A stretch of DNA of 64,000 bases from Patescibacteria group bacterium (GCA_040387855.1 JAZKCY010000001.1:632793-696792), one strand, 5' to 3'. Numbered from the stretch's first letter, positions 38,836-49,107 are shown. Numbers and translations: made by a program. Notes: a model not told the origin generated them from the sequence alone.

Positions 38836-39630
38836 CTAATCGTTTTGATGACCCAACGCATACAGTTTTTCTATCTCTGCAGAGTTTAAAGATCGGCTAT
38901 ATATTCTAAAACTATCAATAAGACCGTTGAAGGTTTGTCCAGAAGCATGCACTGATGAACCAATACGAAGTACTTGTGAGGGTGCAATATTTGATGTCTC
39001 AGCTTGATTGGCGCCCAATCGAGCTCCGTCAACATACAATTTCATCACTCCATTTTCGCGTGTTAATGCAAGGTTGTACCATTTCCCTGCTTCAGGACTA
39101 AAGCTGTATGAATATGCGTATTGAGTATTGATATATACCATAACAACATTTGCATTTTCTTGTCTAAAAAGAAGAGTATTTCCTCCCCATGATCCATTCT
39201 CAAAATAGGTATTCAATGAAGTGACAGAACTAAACTTAACCCAAAAATTATATGCATAATCTCCAGTACCAAAATTATAATTTGGACTATTGGGAACCTC
39301 TACATAATTTGAACCATTGAGACTTAGTGAAGATCCAGAGTTATTTGGAGTATCGCTCGAAAGACTAGCACTATATGCGACACCATTATTATTTAAACCA
39401 GAATTGTCTAAAACGCTAGATCCATCTAAGGCATCAAAATTCCATTCTCCCACAGCGTCCGCTCCTAAAGCTCTATGTAAACTCGTACTAAAAATAAGTC
39501 CTGCAGCAACTCGAGCTCTGTTTCGAGCAATATTTACTGAAGCTAAAACTATAGTAGATAAAAGACTTATTATAGAAATAACTACTAAAAGTTCTATTAG
39601 TGTAAATCCTTGTGTGCTTTTATTCTTCAT
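38836..39630 (-). CDS. type IV pilin-like protein with C-terminal LamG/ConA-like lectin domain (paralog of 25275-26051)
   Basis: N-terminus QGFTLIELLVVISIISLLSTIVLA. C-terminal has SLSLNGSNYVEVP… and FNGLIDSFRIYSRSLNSAEIEKLY. Confidence 0.8.
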   Translation of the reverse strand: MKNKSTQGFTLIELLVVISIISLLSTIVLASVNIARNRARVAAGLIFSTSLHRALGADAVGEWNFDALDGSSVLDNSGLNNNGVAYSASLSSDTPNNSGSSLSLNGSNYVEVPNSPNYNFGTGDYAYNFWVKFSSVTSLNTYFENGSWGGNTLLFRQENANVVMVYINTQYAYSYSFSPEAGKWYNLALTRENGVMKLYVDGARLGANQAETSNIAPSQVLRIGSSVHASGQTFNGLIDSFRIYSRSLNSAEIEKLYALGHQND

Positions 39631-39635
39631 ACTAT

Positions 39636-39926
39636 TTATGGCCTATAGTCTGGAACCTTAATACTTTCGACTGAACTGGTGGCAGGATCAATCATTATTG
39701 GAGAATTATTTGAGCGACTCGGAAATACATATACATACAAAACTACGAGTGCAGCTATAAAGAAAGATACAGAAATGCTGAGTAGCATAAAATAGGCATG
39801 TTTTTGATGCTTTACTATTCCTTTCTTTGTAAGCCAGTGCACCATTTGTGGAGTTTGAGGTGCGCCCAATATTGTTCGAGATTGAAACCGTGTTACATCT
39901 TCTGGTTCATCAAATTCTACACTCAT
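39636..39926 (-). CDS. small membrane protein (hypothetical)
   Basis: 96 aa with one hydrophobic helix (LLSISVSFFIAALVVLYVYVF). The gene sits 10 bp downstream of the pilin gene on the same strand. Confidence 0.4.
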   Translation of the reverse strand: MSVEFDEPEDVTRFQSRTILGAPQTPQMVHWLTKKGIVKHQKHAYFMLLSISVSFFIAALVVLYVYVFPSRSNNSPIMIDPATSSVESIKVPDYRP

Positions 39927-39945
39927 AAAATCAGTATACTATATG

Positions 39946-40302
39946 CTATGTGTTTTTTGCTATAAGTGCATCAAGTTTTATGAGATCGAATGGCTTTGGC
40001 AAGTATGCACTTGCTCCATACTTATCAGCGATAGCTTTTCCATCTTTACTAGCTGTTACTACTATTACAGGAATATCTTTTGTTTCATCTGAAGCTTTTA
40101 ATTTTTGTAATACTTGTTCACCGTTTAAGATAGGCATCCATAAATCAAGTAAAACTATATCGGGTTTTTCCTCCTTAATTTTTGCGAATATTTCTAGGCT
40201 GTGAAGTACTGGTATCACTTTATAACCATGTAGGTCTAATACAATAGAAATTGAGTCAAGGATTCCCTCATCATCATCACAGACCATGACACATTTTTTC
40301 AT
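39946..40302 (-). CDS. single-domain response regulator (receiver)
   Basis: VMVCDDDEG acidic pocket and IVLLDLWMP phospho-Asp. It starts right at the HK stop. Confidence 0.85.
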   Translation of the reverse strand: MKKCVMVCDDDEGILDSISIVLDLHGYKVIPVLHSLEIFAKIKEEKPDIVLLDLWMPILNGEQVLQKLKASDETKDIPVIVVTASKDGKAIADKYGASAYLPKPFDLIKLDALIAKNT

Positions 40303-41844
40303 TTAATTATTGTTTAACGGAATAGTAAAGCTAAATGTAGATCCTTTGCCTGGCTCGCTATCAACCCATAGATGTCCTCCATGTCTCACTACGATTTGCT
40401 CACTTATATACAATCCAATGCCCATACCAGCAAACTGTTTTTGAGCATCCTCAACTCTGAAAAATCGCTCAAACAATTTCTGCTGATCTTTTTTATTAAT
40501 ACCAATTCCCTGATCAGTGACCATTATTTTTAGGTAATCACTCACACGTGATGCATGAACCACCACATCCTTTCCATTGGGAGAATACTTGATTGCATTA
40601 TTTAATAAATTGTTGAGCACCATTTCCAATCTTTCTTTATCTCCATTAACTTTCAAATTGAGATCACCTGAATACTTGATTGTATGGTGCTTTGCTGCTG
40701 ACTGAACAAGATCAATGGATTCTTTAATCATCTGGTTAACATCAAATTCAGCATATTTGTATTCTATTTTACCCGCCTGAATCTTAGACACATCTAGTAA
40801 ATCGCTGATAAGACTTTCAAGCTTTTTTAATGAAACATTCGTTTTCTCAATAATCTCTAAGTTTTTCTCTGTAGTACTCTTCTTACTTTTAATAAGAATT
40901 TCTAATACTTGCAGATACGCTTTAATACTTGTTACTGGTGTCTTGAGTTCATGACTTGCAATACTGAGAAAATCATCTTTTCTAATTTGAACTTCTCGCA
41001 ATTCTGTAATGTCCTCAATAGCTAACAAGATTATCTCTTCTGCATTCTCCAATGCCTCAATTTGTCGGGCATTCAAAAGCATCACTTTCTTTCCAATCTG
41101 AGGGAAATTGTGTTCTACCTCAAAATTCTCAAACGGATTCTGCTCAGGTAGGATCTTTTCAAACAGATCTCTCAAGGCTTTTATATCCCACTGTCCGTTA
41201 CCAAGTTTAAATATATTTACACCGACAGTTTCTTCCTTTGAAACCTTAAATGTACTGTAAAAGTACTTATTTGCTGAGATTACGTTTAGTGATTTATCCA
41301 GCACGAGCAAGCTCTCACGCATTGTTTCAAAAATACCTGTGAGAAATGCTTCACTTTCTTTCAAGTTTTGAGTTCCGTCAGCTACTCTTTTCTCTAAAGA
41401 TTCACGTTCATTTTTTAATGCTGCCTCAGCTTTTTTCCGACGAGTAATATCATTTTGAACCCCAATAAAGTGGGTAATATCGCCTTTTTTATTTCGGACT
41501 GGAGACATCATAAGCTCATTCCAAAATAATGAGCCATCCTTTTTATAGTTTCTTAATTCCACTTTGCAATCAATACCTTTTTCAATTGATTCTCGCAAAA
41601 TTCTTCGAGCTTCTTGATCTCGATCATCTCCTTGAAGGAATCTACAATTCCTTCCTATTATTTCGTCACGTGTATATCCACTAATAAATTCAAAGGCTCG
41701 ATTACAGAAAATAATTGGATTGTCTGGCTGAAGGCAATCTGTAATTACAATTCCGTTTGTAGTTGCATCTACTGCATTAATGAGTAAATTAAGATTTGAA
41801 GTAACATCAATTTTATGAATTGAAGCCTGTTTAATATTTTTCAT
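40303..41844 (-). CDS. cytoplasmic PAS sensor histidine kinase
   Basis: Two PAS modules. H-box ASHELKTPVTSI; N-box LNNAIKYS; G-box GMGIGL. Confidence 0.9.
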   Translation of the reverse strand: MKNIKQASIHKIDVTSNLNLLINAVDATTNGIVITDCLQPDNPIIFCNRAFEFISGYTRDEIIGRNCRFLQGDDRDQEARRILRESIEKGIDCKVELRNYKKDGSLFWNELMMSPVRNKKGDITHFIGVQNDITRRKKAEAALKNERESLEKRVADGTQNLKESEAFLTGIFETMRESLLVLDKSLNVISANKYFYSTFKVSKEETVGVNIFKLGNGQWDIKALRDLFEKILPEQNPFENFEVEHNFPQIGKKVMLLNARQIEALENAEEIILLAIEDITELREVQIRKDDFLSIASHELKTPVTSIKAYLQVLEILIKSKKSTTEKNLEIIEKTNVSLKKLESLISDLLDVSKIQAGKIEYKYAEFDVNQMIKESIDLVQSAAKHHTIKYSGDLNLKVNGDKERLEMVLNNLLNNAIKYSPNGKDVVVHASRVSDYLKIMVTDQGIGINKKDQQKLFERFFRVEDAQKQFAGMGIGLYISEQIVVRHGGHLWVDSEPGKGSTFSFTIPLNNN

Positions 41845-41958
41845 AGGTAGAATTCTTAAGGATTAAATCAACTCTGTATAAGAATACATAGGTTACTTAA
41901 GTAAGCTATCTAAATATTGACGATGACTCTTCTATTCTCTTTCATGTATAGCTATCTA

Positions 41959-43764
41959 CTATTTTTGAAACCATGAATACTTGGGCCTGTCAAAACTTTG
42001 AGCAAATTCTTCTTCTGTTTTAACAAATGCTTTTTCTAATTCTTCATTTCCATCAATAAAATACACAAAATCCAATTCTCTATTTTCAGTACCTCTTTCA
42101 GCGCTATATTTCTTTACCATATCTGTAGGTGAGATAATCTTTCTTCCAGATGTCATTCTTAATTCAAAGTGCAACCCTTTTTTTGTTCCTATAGGTTGAT
42201 ACGCATCATACACAAGCTCAGAGCATACCAATTCGTCTCGTGTTTCAAAATCAAAATTATAATCATAGGGCTTTCCGTAGTTTTCAAATGCTCTCATAAC
42301 AGAATCAAATGTATCTTTCTTACTAAGCCGAGGTCTTAGTACACCCAAATAATCAGCACGAGCTGATTGTTCTAAGGACTGAAGAATAATACCTGGGGAT
42401 TTACCCTCTATAACTGAATACTTGAAATTATCTTTATCTACTTCTTTTAATTGCTTGAGTAGTTTTGGATGTTCTTGTGCTAAAAGTTGTTCTACATTTT
42501 GGTATTCACCCATTGGAAAAAGATCAGCAAAGTGAGCATTCATATCCTCGAGAGTTCCCACATACAAAGCTGCATGTGCCCAGAAGCCAGGAATCCCCAC
42601 ATTACTTGCATACCAATTTCGTCGTTGGACCATAATATCCCCTGGCTGCATTTCTTTTTTAAGTTCAGCAATCTGTTCTAGGGTAATAAATTTTTCATGT
42701 CGAGAAGATAGATATGAATCCCCCATCATATTTGCAACATTTTTCTGAACTGGAAACCATAGGTTTGATAACTCTTTTTCCAAACTATACCGCTGTTCTT
42801 TTGCTGCTTTAACGGTTGTATTAAAAATATTACTCAAGAGATATGCATAGCTCTTTTCAGCTTCCTCAGTAAGCACTATATATCCTTCGTTTAAGTTCTT
42901 TTCAGAAAGAGTGAGATTTAAAAGAGAAATATAGAATCTCCCCATATTTCTTCTTACAAAACTATCGGAACTAAAAAATCTATCGAGAACGTCATCATAT
43001 GAATCTTTAGCTCCAAATACTGGAGAATACTCATTTAGTTGTTTTATCACAACATTATTATCATCAACTGTATCTATAAGTTTATGAAAAATCTCAAACT
43101 TTTTTATATACAACGAGTATGCAATTCCAAAAGACTGCGCGTGATCTTTGGGATGACTAAAAACACTTATGCGATTAAAATATTTGTGAATATCAGTATT
43201 TTTTTCTGATTCCATTGCTACAGATAAGAACAAATTCCACTTATTTTGAAGCTGAATTCTATCATCTGCTGTTAAAACTGATTTCTTTAGAATGGGATCC
43301 TGAATCAAATCATCTGCAGCCAATTCTAAGTTGTCGAGAAGCACCGTAGCTATTTCCACATCGTTTTCTATGAGTTCGTGTCGTTCTTCTACACTTAATG
43401 CTTCAAACGGATTGCCAGAATATGGAATAACCGTCCATGCGATATATACGCAAAAAAGTACAACCAAAACTATAGCTATAACTAACTTATACTGGAATAT
43501 AATATTTTTTGTTTTTCTAAATATTTTAGATTTAGAAACTTTTTGTCGATCAAATAAAAATGCTTTTATGAGATAGCGAAGTGCTATAAGCAAAAATACT
43601 ACAGATACGATAAAGTGAAATGGATATAAGAGCTTGAGCCCAGCACAAGCAGCAGCCAATCCAAATGAGATAGCAGCAATGGTCAACGATAAAAGCACTT
43701 TCTTTTTGTGTTTCAGAAAGTGATTTTTGAGTGTAACTATTTCTTGCTGCGAATGCTTTGCCAC
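41959..43764 (-). CDS. membrane protein with C-terminal YiiX-like permuted papain-fold (NlpC/P60 superfamily) domain
   Basis: N-terminal 3-4 TM helices. C-terminal has GDIMVQRRNW…HAALYVG and CSELVYDAY (Cys in a YiiX-like context). Confidence 0.6.
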   Translation of the reverse strand: MAKHSQQEIVTLKNHFLKHKKKVLLSLTIAAISFGLAAACAGLKLLYPFHFIVSVVFLLIALRYLIKAFLFDRQKVSKSKIFRKTKNIIFQYKLVIAIVLVVLFCVYIAWTVIPYSGNPFEALSVEERHELIENDVEIATVLLDNLELAADDLIQDPILKKSVLTADDRIQLQNKWNLFLSVAMESEKNTDIHKYFNRISVFSHPKDHAQSFGIAYSLYIKKFEIFHKLIDTVDDNNVVIKQLNEYSPVFGAKDSYDDVLDRFFSSDSFVRRNMGRFYISLLNLTLSEKNLNEGYIVLTEEAEKSYAYLLSNIFNTTVKAAKEQRYSLEKELSNLWFPVQKNVANMMGDSYLSSRHEKFITLEQIAELKKEMQPGDIMVQRRNWYASNVGIPGFWAHAALYVGTLEDMNAHFADLFPMGEYQNVEQLLAQEHPKLLKQLKEVDKDNFKYSVIEGKSPGIILQSLEQSARADYLGVLRPRLSKKDTFDSVMRAFENYGKPYDYNFDFETRDELVCSELVYDAYQPIGTKKGLHFELRMTSGRKIISPTDMVKKYSAERGTENRELDFVYFIDGNEELEKAFVKTEEEFAQSFDRPKYSWFQK

Positions 43765-43768
43765 ACTA

Positions 43769-44179
43769 TTAATTGCCCTCTACGTATTTTTTAAAATTAT
43801 CTAAGAATCCTTGCCATCCTGATCTTTGGAGTTCCTCAGTATTTTCATTTTCCATTTCAAATTCCTGTACTATTTTTACAGAATCACCTACTTGTTCAAA
43901 ATCAACGGTGACTGTTCTTCCGTCATCAATTGTATAATCAAGCTTAGTTGGTGCAATTACTTTTGTATAAACACCAGAGAAATCAAACCCTGGAGATCCA
44001 TCTCTTGGGGCCATATATGTTAAAAATCTTCCTCCCTCTTTCAAATCATTTGTTTTAGATGTTGCACCCCAATCATCAGAAGCAAATGCCCAATGTGGAA
44101 TATGTTCTGCCCCATTCCAATATTCCCAGACTTTTTCTGGACTAGCATGTACTGTCGTTTCTATTTTTATTTTTTGCAT
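43769..44179 (-). CDS. SRPBCC/AHSA1-domain protein (activator-of-Hsp90-ATPase-like)
   Basis: VHASPEKVWEYWNGAEHIPHWAF matches the AHSA1/START-like fold signature. Confidence 0.75.
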   Translation of the reverse strand: MQKIKIETTVHASPEKVWEYWNGAEHIPHWAFASDDWGATSKTNDLKEGGRFLTYMAPRDGSPGFDFSGVYTKVIAPTKLDYTIDDGRTVTVDFEQVGDSVKIVQEFEMENENTEELQRSGWQGFLDNFKKYVEGN

Positions 44180-44209
44180 AGTGAAATAATTATATCAAAT
44201 GTATTTATT

Positions 44210-44764
44210 CTATCTCTTTTCAAACGCCATCATAAACATTCCAGGTGATTCAACTATTTCAGTTTTCTTTAGCACATCTTTAAGAAATAATTCTATAATT
44301 TCTTTTGCCTTAGATACTTCAGTTCTATCTTCCACATCTATTTCAGCCTCAGTAAAAAATCGCATACTAGGAGAGTGATCAAACTTTACACTATCTATAG
44401 TTAGGCTTATGGGAGTGCTTTGGTATTCTCCAGCAAACCATTCTCTATCTTTTATTATTTTTATAGCATCAGGATATTGTGCTATCACAGATTTAAATTC
44501 TGGTTCTGTAACTTCATGTTCATTCTCTCTTCGAGCCGGTTGATCATCTACAATTTCCCAAATCTTTTCTGTATAAATATATTTCCCTGCTTCCTCTCGG
44601 TAGCGCTTTAAATCATATCCCTTATATTGAGACTTTTTAGCTTCAATATAATAGTCATTTTGTGGAGTCATACCCTTAGCAACAAAACCTCGCGCTTTAA
44701 ATTCAGCAATGAGATTTTCTTTGTCTTCTGCAGTAAGCTCTACTTTTAGTTCAACTTCGTACAT
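44210..44764 (-). CDS. CYTH-domain protein (second paralog)
   Basis: Begins MYEVELKVELT (ExExK) and has an acidic EAEIDVED near the C-terminus. The track ORF runs to 44851, but that extension lies in the foreign high-GC segment and overlaps the ABC gene. Confidence 0.65.
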   Translation of the reverse strand: MYEVELKVELTAEDKENLIAEFKARGFVAKGMTPQNDYYIEAKKSQYKGYDLKRYREEAGKYIYTEKIWEIVDDQPARRENEHEVTEPEFKSVIAQYPDAIKIIKDREWFAGEYQSTPISLTIDSVKFDHSPSMRFFTEAEIDVEDRTEVSKAKEIIELFLKDVLKKTEIVESPGMFMMAFEKR

Positions 44765-44808
44765 ATATAAATCATAGCATAAAAAAAGAGCATCACGAGG
44801 ATGCTCTG

Positions 44809-46602
44809 TTACCCTACCACTTCCGTGGGTTGGGTGTTGTACTGCTGCCACAACACTAAGAATTCAGGACACGTACGGATGAGCTGTGCCAACGTGCCGG
44901 TAGCGACCAATTGCCCCTCATGAAAGAAGTGAATCACATCAAACATGTGGAGTAGGTGCAGCCGATGAATTGACGAGATCACCGTCTTATCCAAGAACGC
45001 GTTGAAGATGTTGGTGTACACCTTCTTCTCTGTAGCCGTATCCAAGCTCGATGTGGGTTCATCGAGTAGCACGACCTCCTTGTCGTGACAGGCCAGGAGC
45101 CCGCGTGCAAGCGCCAGGCGCTGCTTTTGGCCACCTGAGAGATTGACTCCGCGCTCCTTGAGGGACGAATCTAGTCCTTTCGGCAACAAAGCGGCAACAT
45201 CGGTGAAGCACGCCATGTCGGTGTAACGACGGACCAAGTCCGAATCGTACTCCGCACCGAGGGTGATGTTTTCAATCACCGTCGTCCCAAAGATGTCGGG
45301 ATCCTGCGGCAAAAGTCCAATTGCTCGGCAAATGCCATCAAACCCGTCTTCGATTTCGTGATCATCCACAAAGAGTTTCAAGCTCTGCGGACGATGGAGA
45401 CCTCGTACGACTTTGAGCAATGTCGACTTGCCGCTTCCACTTGCTCCCACAAGTGCAACGCGCGACCCACGTGTGATGTCGAACGCTACATTTGCCAAGT
45501 GTAGTCCCGTACCATTATCTGCGTACGAGAAGTTGAGATCCCTCACTTCCATGCGTTGCCAATCCTTTCGCAACACATGGTTAGCAAGGTTATCTTCTTT
45601 GAAGTCGTCAGCCACTTCCTCGGCATTCGCGATGCGTGATGTTCCCACCACGACATCTTTGTACATGCCGGTGAAGCGAAAGAAAACTTCGCTCATTTCA
45701 TCCAAGTACTTGATGAGGATGTAGACCGTGCCCACGAGCACTGCCTTCGGTGTTTCCATATGCTGCCAAACGTACAGCCCCAAGACAAGCATTGTCATGG
45801 CGGCGGTACAGAAGGTAGTAAGGAACCACTTTATCTCGTTAAGCGTTGTGTTCCGCTTAAAGAGATCATACGGCTTGTCGACCCTGTGACAGATCGCCTC
45901 GAACACCAGTCGCTCAACGCGCAGAATGATCACGGTTGCAATGTTTGAGATTGTGTCAAAAACATTCTCCGAAATCTCGTTCTCTGCTTTGTTGAGTTTC
46001 CGATATTGAGGGATCATCACTCGATCGAACTTGATCGTGAAGAATATGGACAGACACATCATTCCGACGACGATTGGAATCGACATCGGAAAAAAGTATC
46101 CGAGCATAATGAAACTCCCCACGAGCTGTATGAAGGCATAGACGATCTGGAACGACATCGACGAAAACTGATAGAGTGCCGAAGCACCTTTTTCAATCTT
46201 GTCGATGGTGTCGCCAGAGTGATGCTCCACATGCCATTCCAATGGCAGGGTCATCGTGCCTTTGAGCAAGTACTTCCGGTAGTTCGCACGGGACTTAAAC
46301 GCATTCAGGGTTTCCCAAACGCGCGCAGGACCGTGAAAAGCCCAGAAGACCATCTTGGTCACAAACATCCACACCAACAACTTGATGAGTGTGGGCATGC
46401 TGTCGACGGTGATTCCCTCAGCCTGGATCTCATTCATGATCTTCGCCCCCAACAGAGGCAAGAAAAAGAGCATGATCGAGATCGCAATGATGAAGAAGCC
46501 CCAGTACAGGGCCACACTCTTGCGGTTGCCCGCTGAGTAGTGCCACGTCTTCCAGAACAGGTACACGAACGGATTTCCGTTCCTGTGAGGCTTCTTGAAC
46601 AT
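44809..46602 (-). CDS. fused TMD-NBD ABC exporter, high-GC (foreign composition)
   Basis: Six N-terminal TM helices. Walker A GASGSGKST, signature LSGGQKQRLALARGL, Walker B VVLLDEPTSSLD. I counted 40/60 G+C at 45061-45120. AAAGGA SD upstream of the ATG. Confidence 0.85.
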   Translation of the reverse strand: MFKKPHRNGNPFVYLFWKTWHYSAGNRKSVALYWGFFIIAISIMLFFLPLLGAKIMNEIQAEGITVDSMPTLIKLLVWMFVTKMVFWAFHGPARVWETLNAFKSRANYRKYLLKGTMTLPLEWHVEHHSGDTIDKIEKGASALYQFSSMSFQIVYAFIQLVGSFIMLGYFFPMSIPIVVGMMCLSIFFTIKFDRVMIPQYRKLNKAENEISENVFDTISNIATVIILRVERLVFEAICHRVDKPYDLFKRNTTLNEIKWFLTTFCTAAMTMLVLGLYVWQHMETPKAVLVGTVYILIKYLDEMSEVFFRFTGMYKDVVVGTSRIANAEEVADDFKEDNLANHVLRKDWQRMEVRDLNFSYADNGTGLHLANVAFDITRGSRVALVGASGSGKSTLLKVVRGLHRPQSLKLFVDDHEIEDGFDGICRAIGLLPQDPDIFGTTVIENITLGAEYDSDLVRRYTDMACFTDVAALLPKGLDSSLKERGVNLSGGQKQRLALARGLLACHDKEVVLLDEPTSSLDTATEKKVYTNIFNAFLDKTVISSIHRLHLLHMFDVIHFFHEGQLVATGTLAQLIRTCPEFLVLWQQYNTQPTEVVG

Positions 46603-46648
46603 TCGAGATTCCTTTCGAGATGCGTGTTATATGGCTATGGTAAAGAAC

Positions 46649-46678
46649 AAAACATCATGCCGGGTGGCATGATGTTTT
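46649..46678. repeat. perfect 13-bp inverted repeat in the 254-bp spacer upstream of the ABC exporter
   Basis: AAAACATCATGCC-gggt-GGCATGATGTTTT. A half-site-like copy TAAAACATCATACC lies ~65 nt downstream. A second 8-bp inverted repeat ATTTGATT…AATCAAAT lies in between. Confidence 0.6.
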
Positions 46679-46856
46679 AAAAATTTGATTTAATGGGAGA
46701 AATCAAATACTTAAAACATCATACCTGTTTAAAAGAAAGAGCGCATAAATACCACCCACGGCCTTTCGTGGATTGGTAGAACTATTTCGATTAAACATGT
46801 TTGATGTCATGATATTGAAACAATACCACACATTAGTACAACATGCAAGCACCAAA

Positions 46857-47249
46857 TTAAAGATATGTCCACTCCCCGTCCAAATAGTTTGCTATATGAT
46901 TTCCCGTGGTTGGCATTCCATCAACATCATATTCAACCGTGTGAATTGAGGCAGCAAAACGGCATCCTGGTGCCACCTTCGCATTAGGATCTTTATAATC
47001 ATTTTTTGCCTTTTGATAACTATATTCAGTCTTGCTACCATCCTCGTTTATTACTTCTACTTCATAAAAGCTCAAACCAGCATCGTCAGTTTTTGTTCGC
47101 AGTTCAGTATATTTCTTACCCTGCAAAAGAGTACCAAATACACTTCTTATTTCTTCAATACTGGGAAACTTTTCTGCATTTTCTTCAACTCGATTCCAGT
47201 TAGTTTCAAAATTATCAGTCATGAATTTTAATATTATTATATTCCACAC
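46857..47249 (-). CDS. hypothetical protein
   Basis: 130-aa ORF that overlaps the upstream gene's stop by 13 nt. No motif. Confidence 0.4.
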   Translation of the reverse strand: MWNIIILKFMTDNFETNWNRVEENAEKFPSIEEIRSVFGTLLQGKKYTELRTKTDDAGLSFYEVEVINEDGSKTEYSYQKAKNDYKDPNAKVAPGCRFAASIHTVEYDVDGMPTTGNHIANYLDGEWTYL

Positions 47250-47677
47250 TTAGCATTCACTGTCACATCCCCCACATTTGAAGCTGTAATAGTATAACCA
47301 AAACAAGTAGTTGGTATATAGGTCAGAGAGTAAAATGTCTTACCATCTTTAATTTCTGTTTTTACCTCTTCCAAAACCCTATGCCAATTCACTTTAGAAT
47401 TTTGATCTTTAAAATTATCTAATCTCAAAACATTATTTTCATTGTTATCTTTAAGTAAGAATTCTCTTTCTTTCAAGAATGTAACAAAATGCTCTTTAGA
47501 TTTTATATTGATGCTAATTTTGTAAGTAAAGACAGAAGCATTCTGTGATGTCTCAACAGACCGTGGGGTGTTCTCAATAAATGTCTCTTGATATGTGATA
47601 TAAATACCCACACTTACAGCTAGCACTGCACATAAAGATAAGATAATAGGAGCAAAACGATGTTGAAGTAATTTCAT
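47237..47677 (-). CDS. hypothetical secreted/anchored protein
   Basis: N-terminal hydrophobic helix; 146 aa. Confidence 0.45.
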   Translation of the reverse strand: MKLLQHRFAPIILSLCAVLAVSVGIYITYQETFIENTPRSVETSQNASVFTYKISINIKSKEHFVTFLKEREFLLKDNNENNVLRLDNFKDQNSKVNWHRVLEEVKTEIKDGKTFYSLTYIPTTCFGYTITASNVGDVTVNAKCGI

Positions 47678-47682
47678 AGATT

Positions 47683-48147
47683 CTAATTATACCCAAAAAT
47701 CGCCCCTTTTATTCTTTTTAGTAAATGATCAACATCTCTTTTAGTCTTAAGTGTAATTCCAAATCGTGTTGAAGTATTTTCAAGCAACGTCTGCATGCCC
47801 TCTTTTCCGAGCACTGCAGAATTTGAGGCAGCATTGCCCGTAAAGACAAGCTTAAAGTTCTTCATAGAATACTCCCCCTGAGCAGTAGTAACATTTGTAA
47901 AATCGATTGCAATAAGATTTGGATATACTTTCATGAGTGCAAACCCATCAACTCCCCCATCTAAACCCAATTTTTCGTAGTCTTTGAGCGAAGATTTCAC
48001 TCCTGCTGTTATTGATTCAACAAAGTATGCATGCAAAGATTCAGGACTTTCTGTAACTTGCGGCGCATCTGGTTGGTTGAGCAGTAGTGTTGCGCCCACA
48101 CAAAAAACAGCAACGACTAAAACTATACCAATCCAAAGTTTCTTCAT
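47683..48147 (-). CDS. hypothetical secreted protein
   Basis: Signal peptide MKKLWIGIVLVVAVFCVGA; 154 aa. Confidence 0.45.
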   Translation of the reverse strand: MKKLWIGIVLVVAVFCVGATLLLNQPDAPQVTESPESLHAYFVESITAGVKSSLKDYEKLGLDGGVDGFALMKVYPNLIAIDFTNVTTAQGEYSMKNFKLVFTGNAASNSAVLGKEGMQTLLENTSTRFGITLKTKRDVDHLLKRIKGAIFGYN

Positions 48148-48165
48148 CCTAGGATTGTATCACCT

Positions 48166-49041
48166 TTAGGCAATTCCATCGCCACCAGTTACTCCATATA
48201 TTTCTCCTGTAATATAGCTCGCTTCATCTGATGCCAAAAGCACATACACAGGTGCTAGTTCGACTGGTTGACCAGGTCGACCAAATGCAGACTTTTCTCC
48301 AAATTGTTTTAATTTTTCCGGAGGTGAGGCATGAGTATTGAGTGGTGACCAAATAGGTCCTGGGGCCACAGCATTTACGCGAATACCTTTTTCTATCAAC
48401 TGTTCTGCAAGACCTTTTGTGAGAGCTACAAATCCCCCCTTACTTGCAGCATACGGCAGCAAAATAAAAGATGGGTCATATGCCTGAATAGAAACTGTAT
48501 TTATAATTGATCCACCAGGTTTCATATACTTTAAAGCAGCCTGAGATAGCAAAAATGGTGCAATAACATTTATACGATATATTTCTGCAAAGTCATTTCC
48601 TGTAAGTACATCAATACTTTTAAAATATTTTTGTAAAGCAGCATTGTTTACTAAAACATCTAATTTTCTTAATTCTTCATGTGTATGCTCAACAAGCTTT
48701 TTACAAAAAGATTCATCTGCTAAATCACCAGGAATTCCAATAGCTTTATGTCCTAATGCTTTTAGCACATCCAATGTTTCTTGTGCATCAACTTCTTCTT
48801 CTGGTACATACGAAATCACCACATCAGCTCCCTCTTTTGCAAAAGCCACAGCTACAGCACGACCAATACCAGAGTCTCCTCCAGTAATGAGCGCCGCTTT
48901 CCCCGCCAATCGTCCTGAGCCTTTATATGAATCTTTTCCATAGTCAGGCTTAGTTACCATATCTGATTCTAAACCCGGATAATTTTGCGGTTTTTCATTT
49001 TTGCCTGGCTTTGGGAATTTTTCTTTTGGATCAGTTTGCAT
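48166..49041 (-). CDS. SDR-family oxidoreductase
   Basis: TGGDSGIGRA (TGxxxGxG), NNAA, and YAASKGG (YxxxK). Confidence 0.9.
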   Translation of the reverse strand: MQTDPKEKFPKPGKNEKPQNYPGLESDMVTKPDYGKDSYKGSGRLAGKAALITGGDSGIGRAVAVAFAKEGADVVISYVPEEEVDAQETLDVLKALGHKAIGIPGDLADESFCKKLVEHTHEELRKLDVLVNNAALQKYFKSIDVLTGNDFAEIYRINVIAPFLLSQAALKYMKPGGSIINTVSIQAYDPSFILLPYAASKGGFVALTKGLAEQLIEKGIRVNAVAPGPIWSPLNTHASPPEKLKQFGEKSAFGRPGQPVELAPVYVLLASDEASYITGEIYGVTGGDGIA

Positions 49042-49107
49042 AAATAAAAGTGTATCTAAATGAATACACTTTTATCGACGAATAGTATGAAATTAAATTA
49101 CAAATAA

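Noticed and set aside
44765-44851. N-terminal extension of the second CYTH ORF into the ABC exporter gene
   Set aside because: The extension is in GC-rich foreign sequence, overlaps the ABC stop, and precedes the conserved ExExK start (MYEVELKV).
45413-46540. Plus-strand ORFs inside the ABC exporter gene (45413-45724, 45760-45948, 46006-46536, 46355-46540)
   Set aside because: They are antisense to a gene with unmistakable ABC motifs; artefacts of high G+C.
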